DNA of 64,000 nt from Mycobacteriales bacterium. GTDB taxonomy: Bacteria; Actinomycetota; Actinomycetes; JAFAQI01. This document shows positions 59,443-64,000 of this stretch, piece after piece. A program made the translations under genes and the position numbers. Each line of letters opens with the position of its first letter. Position 1 is the first letter of the stretch. The stretch covers positions 3,346-67,345 of the forward strand of contig DASSEX010000017.1 in the NCBI GenBank assembly GCA_035695045.1. The letters run 5' to 3'. Under the pieces are notes generated by a model. It was not told the DNA's origin. It made no database searches and saw nothing but the letters and a program-made list of their open reading frames with translations.

Positions 59443-59465
59443 CGTACGTGGGCAGGCAACGGGTC

Positions 59466-60566
59466 ATGGATGCGAGCACATTGAGCAAGCTCTACAGCCT
59501 GGACGGCCCCTTCGTCACCCTCTACGTCGACTCGTCGAGCACCGCAGAGGACGCCGCCGAGCAGTACGACATCCGCTGGCGCAACATCCTGCGTGAGCTC
59601 GAGCAATCGGGCGTCGACGCCGCGACCCGTGAGGCGATCAGCGCCGCACGCGGTGAGCACGGCCGGGGTGGCACCCGCGTGATCGTCGCCACGGGCGGCA
59701 GCGTGCAGCTCGCCCAGTCGCTTCCGCACCCACCGGCCCAGGAGATCGTGCAGACCGGCAACCTGCCGGTGCTCGCGCCGCTGGTCGACGCGCTAGGCCT
59801 GCAGGTGCCACATGTCGTCGTCCTCGCCGACCGCAAAGGTGCGGACGTCCTCGCCTACACCGCCGGACCTGACCCCGTCGAGACCGGCACGGTCAACAAC
59901 GACCGCTTCCCCGACCGCAAGGTGCACGCCGGCGGCTGGGCCGCCAAGCGCTACTCCAACGACGTCGAGGAGACGTGGGAGCAGAGCGCCCGCGACGTCG
60001 CCGGGTTGGTCGCACAGGTGGCCAAGGACGTGGACGCCCGCCTCGTGATCGCGAGTGGCGACGAGCGTGCCCTCCAACTGCTGCCCCAGCACCTGCCGAC
60101 GGACCTCGTGGACCGGTTCGTCGCGATCGGCGGCGGCGGCCGCCATGCCGACGGGTCGGACGACGTCATCGCCGACGAGGTCCTGCGCGTGCTCGCCGAC
60201 ACCGTGACCGCGGACACCGTCGAGCTGCTGGAGAAGTTCGCCGAGGAGCGCGGCCAGGACGACCGAGCTGCTGACGGCGTGACGGCGACGGTCGCCGCGC
60301 TGCGGATGGGCCAGGTCGACACGCTGGTCCTCACTGACGCGCGCGACGGCGGCAGCGAGCTGTTCTTCGGCCCGGACCCGACCCACCTGGCGCTCAGCGC
60401 GCAGGAGCTGATGGATCTGGGCGTGGAGCAGCCGTTCGCGGCAGCGGCCGACGAGGTGCTGATCCGAGCTGCGCTGGGCACCGGGGCCGAAGTTCGCTTC
60501 GTCACGGGCGGTGTGGAGCAGTCGCCGAGCGAGGGTGTGGGCGCGCTCCTGCGCTTCTCGGTCTGA
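59466..60566 (+). CDS. Vms1/Ankzf1-like, eRF1-related (baeRF2-type) protein
   Basis: 366 aa from ATG 59466. The central KVHAGGWAAKRYSNDVEE fits the GGW-x3-R-[YF] loop that replaces the GGQ of release factors in this family. The eRF1-like three-domain length and C-terminal LLRF also fit. The call is from memory of the family. Confidence 0.6.
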   Translation: MDASTLSKLYSLDGPFVTLYVDSSSTAEDAAEQYDIRWRNILRELEQSGVDAATREAISAARGEHGRGGTRVIVATGGSVQLAQSLPHPPAQEIVQTGNLPVLAPLVDALGLQVPHVVVLADRKGADVLAYTAGPDPVETGTVNNDRFPDRKVHAGGWAAKRYSNDVEETWEQSARDVAGLVAQVAKDVDARLVIASGDERALQLLPQHLPTDLVDRFVAIGGGGRHADGSDDVIADEVLRVLADTVTADTVELLEKFAEERGQDDRAADGVTATVAALRMGQVDTLVLTDARDGGSELFFGPDPTHLALSAQELMDLGVEQPFAAAADEVLIRAALGTGAEVRFVTGGVEQSPSEGVGALLRFSV

Positions 60567-60586
60567 CCGTCCCGTAGCGTCGGGAC

Positions 60587-62695
60587 ATGGAGATCTGGCC
60601 CGGGTCGAGCTATCCCCTCGGGGCGACGTACGACGGCAGCGGCACCAACTTCGCGCTGTTCAGTGAGGTTGCGCAGCAAGTTGAGCTCTGCCTGTTCGAC
60701 GACGACGGCACCGAGACCCGGGTCCAGCTACCGGAGCGCGACGCGTTCGTCTGGCACGGCTACCTGCCGAACGTCGGCCCCGGCCAGTGTTACGGCTACC
60801 GCGTCTATGGGCCCTATGCCCCGGAGCAGGGTCTGCGCTGCAACCCCGCCAAGCTCTTGCTCGACCCTTACGCAAAGGCGATCGACGGCGAGGTCGACTG
60901 GGACGAAGCCTGCTTCTCCTACAAGTTCGGCGCTCCCGAGGAGTTCAACGACGCCGACTCCGCTCCGCACATGCCGAAGTCGATCGTCATCAGCCCGTTC
61001 TTCAGCTGGGACAACGACCGCCACCCGCGGACGCCGTACAACGAGACGGTCATCTACGAAGCGCACGTCAAGGGCCTGACGAAGACCCACCCCGACATCC
61101 CGGAGAACATCCGCGGCACCTATGCCGCGTTGGCGCACCCGGTGATGCTCGAGCACTACCGCCGGATCGGCGTCACGGCGATCGAGCTGATGCCGGTGCA
61201 CCAGTTCGTGCACGACAGCACGCTGCGCGACAAGGATCTGCGCAACTACTGGGGCTACAACACGATCGGCTTCTTCGCGCCGCACAACGACTACGCCGCC
61301 TCCGGGCAGCGCGGTCAGCAGGTGCAGGAGTTCAAGGCGATGGTCAAGTCGCTGCACGAAGCGGGCCTCGAGGTGATCCTCGACGTCGTCTACAACCACA
61401 CCGCCGAGGGCAACCACATGGGCCCGACGCTGTCATTCCGCGGGATCGACAACGTCTCCTACTACCGCCTGGTCGACGGCGACCCCACCCACTACTACGA
61501 CACGACCGGCACCGGTAACACGCTGCTGATGCGCCACCCACACGTGCTGCAGCTGATCATGGACTCGCTGCGCTACTGGGTGACCGAGATGCACGTGGAC
61601 GGCTTCCGGTTCGACCTCGCGTCGTCCCTCGCCCGCCAGTTCCACGAGGTCGACCGGCTGTCGGCCTTCTTCGACCTGGTCCAGCAGGACCCCGTCGTGT
61701 CACAGGTGAAGCTGATCGCCGAGCCCTGGGACGTCGGCGAGGGCGGCTACAACGTCGGCGGGTTCCCACCGCTGTGGACCGAGTGGAACGGCAAGTACCG
61801 CGACACCGTGCGCGACTACTGGCGCGGCGAGTCGGCGGCGCTCGCCGAGTTCGCCTCGCGGCTGACCGGGTCCTCCGACCTCTACGAGGACGACGGCCGG
61901 CGTCCATTCGCCTCGATCAACTTCGTCACCGCCCACGACGGCTTCACGCTGCACGACCTGGTGTCGTACAACGACAAGCACAACGAAGCGAACGGCGAGG
62001 ACAACAACGACGGCGAGAGCCACAACCGTTCTTGGAACTGCGGGGTCGAGGGACCGACCGACGACATCGACGTCATCGCCCTGCGCGAGCAGCAGAAGCG
62101 CAACTTCCTGACGACCCTCTTCCTCTCGCAGGGCGTGCCGATGCTCCTGCATGGCGACGAGCTGGGCCGCACCCAGCAGGGCAACAACAACGTCTACGCC
62201 CAGGACAACGAGCTGGCCTGGGTCGACTGGGAGCGGGCTCGTGAGTACGACTTCCTGACGTCGTTCACCGGCCGCCTCACCCGGTTGCGCGCGGATCATC
62301 CGGTCTTCCGCCGGCGGCGCTTCTTCAAGGGCCGGCCGGTCAAGGGAACTCCACTGGAGGACATCGGCTGGTTCACGCCGACCGGCGAGCAGATGACGGA
62401 CGAGGACTGGGAGTCGGGCTTCGCCAAGTCGGTGAGCGTCTTCCTCAACGGAGCGGGGATCCGCGAGCCGGACTCGCGCGGTCAGCACCTCAGCGACGAG
62501 TCGTTCTTCCTGTTGTTCAACGCGCACTACGAGTCGATCGAGTTCACGCTGCCCGACGTCGGTGTCGAGCGCTGGCACGCCGTCGTGGACACGCACGCGC
62601 CGATGCTCGACGACGTCGACCCGCGCTCGGTCAAGACCGGTGAGCCGATCGAGGTCGCGGCTCGTTCCGTGCTGGTTCTCCAGCAGGTCTTCTGA
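60587..62695 (+). CDS. glgX: Glycogen debranching enzyme GlgX
   Basis: 702 aa with MEIWPGSSYPLGATYDGSGTNFALFS (CBM48) and GH13 motifs DVVYNHT, GFRFDLA, EPWD and FVTAHD. Confidence 0.95.
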   Translation: MEIWPGSSYPLGATYDGSGTNFALFSEVAQQVELCLFDDDGTETRVQLPERDAFVWHGYLPNVGPGQCYGYRVYGPYAPEQGLRCNPAKLLLDPYAKAIDGEVDWDEACFSYKFGAPEEFNDADSAPHMPKSIVISPFFSWDNDRHPRTPYNETVIYEAHVKGLTKTHPDIPENIRGTYAALAHPVMLEHYRRIGVTAIELMPVHQFVHDSTLRDKDLRNYWGYNTIGFFAPHNDYAASGQRGQQVQEFKAMVKSLHEAGLEVILDVVYNHTAEGNHMGPTLSFRGIDNVSYYRLVDGDPTHYYDTTGTGNTLLMRHPHVLQLIMDSLRYWVTEMHVDGFRFDLASSLARQFHEVDRLSAFFDLVQQDPVVSQVKLIAEPWDVGEGGYNVGGFPPLWTEWNGKYRDTVRDYWRGESAALAEFASRLTGSSDLYEDDGRRPFASINFVTAHDGFTLHDLVSYNDKHNEANGEDNNDGESHNRSWNCGVEGPTDDIDVIALREQQKRNFLTTLFLSQGVPMLLHGDELGRTQQGNNNVYAQDNELAWVDWERAREYDFLTSFTGRLTRLRADHPVFRRRRFFKGRPVKGTPLEDIGWFTPTGEQMTDEDWESGFAKSVSVFLNGAGIREPDSRGQHLSDESFFLLFNAHYESIEFTLPDVGVERWHAVVDTHAPMLDDVDPRSVKTGEPIEVAARSVLVLQQVF

Positions 62696-62697
62696 CC

Positions 62698-64000
62698 GTG
62701 CCGACGTCCGGGTCGCCGACTGCGACCTACCGCTTGCAGCTGCGCCGGGAGTTCGGCTTCCGCGACGCGGCTGCCGTCGTCCCGTACCTCGCCGCTTTGG
62801 GGGTCTCGCACGTCTACTGCTCCCCCATCCTCGAGGCGACGCCGGGATCGGCCCACGGCTACGACGTCGTCGACCACTCCAGGCTGTCGCCGGAGCTCGG
62901 CGGTGACGAGGGGTGGGCGGAGCTGACGGCCGCCTGCCGGGCGCACGGTCTCGGGATCGTCGTCGACGTCGTGCCCAACCACATGGCGGTGCCGACGCCG
63001 GAGTCACTCAACGCGGCGTTGTGGGACGTCCTTCGCCACGGCCGGGATGCCGAGCACGCCGACTGGTTCGACATCGACTGGGACAGCCAGGACGGACGGA
63101 TCCTGCTGCCCGTCCTGGGCGACTCGTTCGACGCCTGCCTTCAGCGAGGGGAGCTGAAGGTCGACGCGGCCGTGCTCCGCTACTTCGACCACGAGTTCCC
63201 GCTGGCGCCGGGCACCGAGCATCTCGCCCACGACATCGCCGCGCTGCACGCGCAGCAGCAGTACCGACTCGCCCACTGGCGCATGGCCAACCAGCAGCTG
63301 AACTACCGCCGGTTCTTCGACGTCACGTCGCTCATCGGGGTCCGCGTCGAGCTGCCCGCTGTCTTCGCCGCCACCCATGCACGACTGCTCGAGCTCGTCA
63401 GCAACGGTGACATCGACGGCCTGCGGATCGACCACCCCGACGGACTCGCGGACCCGGCGGGCTACCTCGACCGGCTAGCCGCAGCGAGCGGCGGGGTCTG
63501 GACCCTCGTCGAGAAGATCCTCGAGCACGGCGAGCTGCTGCCGTCGTCGTGGGCTTGTGACGGCACGACCGGGTACGACGCCCTGACCGCAGTCACCTCG
63601 GTGCTGACCGACCCCGCCGGCGAGAAACCGCTCACCGAGGCCTACGTGGTGCTCACCGGTGAGCAGGGTGACTTCGCGACCGTCGTCACGGCGGCCAAGC
63701 GGCAGGTCGTCGACCAGCTGTTCCCCGCGGAGATCCACCGGCTGGTCCGCGACCTTCGACGGCCGGATCTCACCGATCACGTCCCCACGACGTCCTCCGA
63801 TGCCGACCTCTACGCCGCGATCGCCGAGCTGCTCGTCTGCTTCGACGTCTACCGCGCGTATCCCGGTGATCGCGCCTCGGTCGAGCGGCTCGACGCCGCT
63901 CTCTCCAGGGCCCGCGCCGGCAGGGCCGACCTGGGGCGCACGTTCGACGTCCTCGAGCCTCTGCTTCGCCGACAGGTCGCGGCCGCGGAGCCCTTTGCCG
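62698..64000 (+). CDS. treY: Malto-oligosyltrehalose synthase TreY (partial, 3' end outside window)
   Basis: GTG 62698 lies 2 nt after the glgX stop, and the frame is open to the window end. TYRLQL...FGF..A...VPYLAALGVSHVYCSPIL and DVVPNHMAV are typical of TreY. The glgX-treY order is conserved. Confidence 0.85.
   Translation, partial: MPTSGSPTATYRLQLRREFGFRDAAAVVPYLAALGVSHVYCSPILEATPGSAHGYDVVDHSRLSPELGGDEGWAELTAACRAHGLGIVVDVVPNHMAVPTPESLNAALWDVLRHGRDAEHADWFDIDWDSQDGRILLPVLGDSFDACLQRGELKVDAAVLRYFDHEFPLAPGTEHLAHDIAALHAQQQYRLAHWRMANQQLNYRRFFDVTSLIGVRVELPAVFAATHARLLELVSNGDIDGLRIDHPDGLADPAGYLDRLAAASGGVWTLVEKILEHGELLPSSWACDGTTGYDALTAVTSVLTDPAGEKPLTEAYVVLTGEQGDFATVVTAAKRQVVDQLFPAEIHRLVRDLRRPDLTDHVPTTSSDADLYAAIAELLVCFDVYRAYPGDRASVERLDAALSRARAGRADLGRTFDVLEPLLRRQVAAAEPFA

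Overview
This is a very GC-rich actinobacterial chromosome segment; codon third positions are almost all G/C, but GC content was not computed. Gene order follows the core synteny known from Streptomyces and Mycobacterium. On the minus strand it runs ruvX-alaS-rarA-aspS-hisS, then relA-apt-secF-secD-yajC-ruvB-ruvA-ruvC, then yebC-pdxT-pdxS-pimA-acyltransferase-pgsA. An EF-G paralog, HIT and thrS follow. Next come tRNA-Val and ssgB, then a hut operon (hutI, hutU, hutH, arginase-type hutG) with pabB/pabC-like genes embedded, then a tRNA Gly-Cys-Val cluster. The window ends with glgX and the start of treY. Many neighbours overlap by ATGA or GTGA, which suggests translational coupling. Two stretches look accessory. 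(1) A 5 kb, opposite-strand, two-gene insertion lies between ruvC and yebC. It encodes an S8 subtilisin-like protease with two different tandem Trp/Ser repeat tracts, followed by a 956 aa membrane protein carrying both GGDEF and HD-GYP domains, each behind its own copy of the same multi-TM module. This is my best candidate for an undescribed system. (2) A cluster at 51.1-59.4 kb encodes exported hydrolases: two divergent neutral-ceramidase-like proteins, a BNR/Asp-box sialidase-like protein with an LAxTG sortase signal, and a PLC/acid-phosphatase-family lipoprotein. Other observations are a LexA SOS box in front of ruvC, long hairpins between convergent genes that contain the stop codons, a Vms1/eRF1-like (baeRF2) protein, and a Shine-Dalgarno-preceded 30-codon proline-rich sORF. 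No CRISPR array, integrase, transposase or rRNA was seen. All family calls rest on motifs read by eye and on synteny from memory; no database search was run. Start codons are inferred, and several ORF-track N-termini were trimmed.
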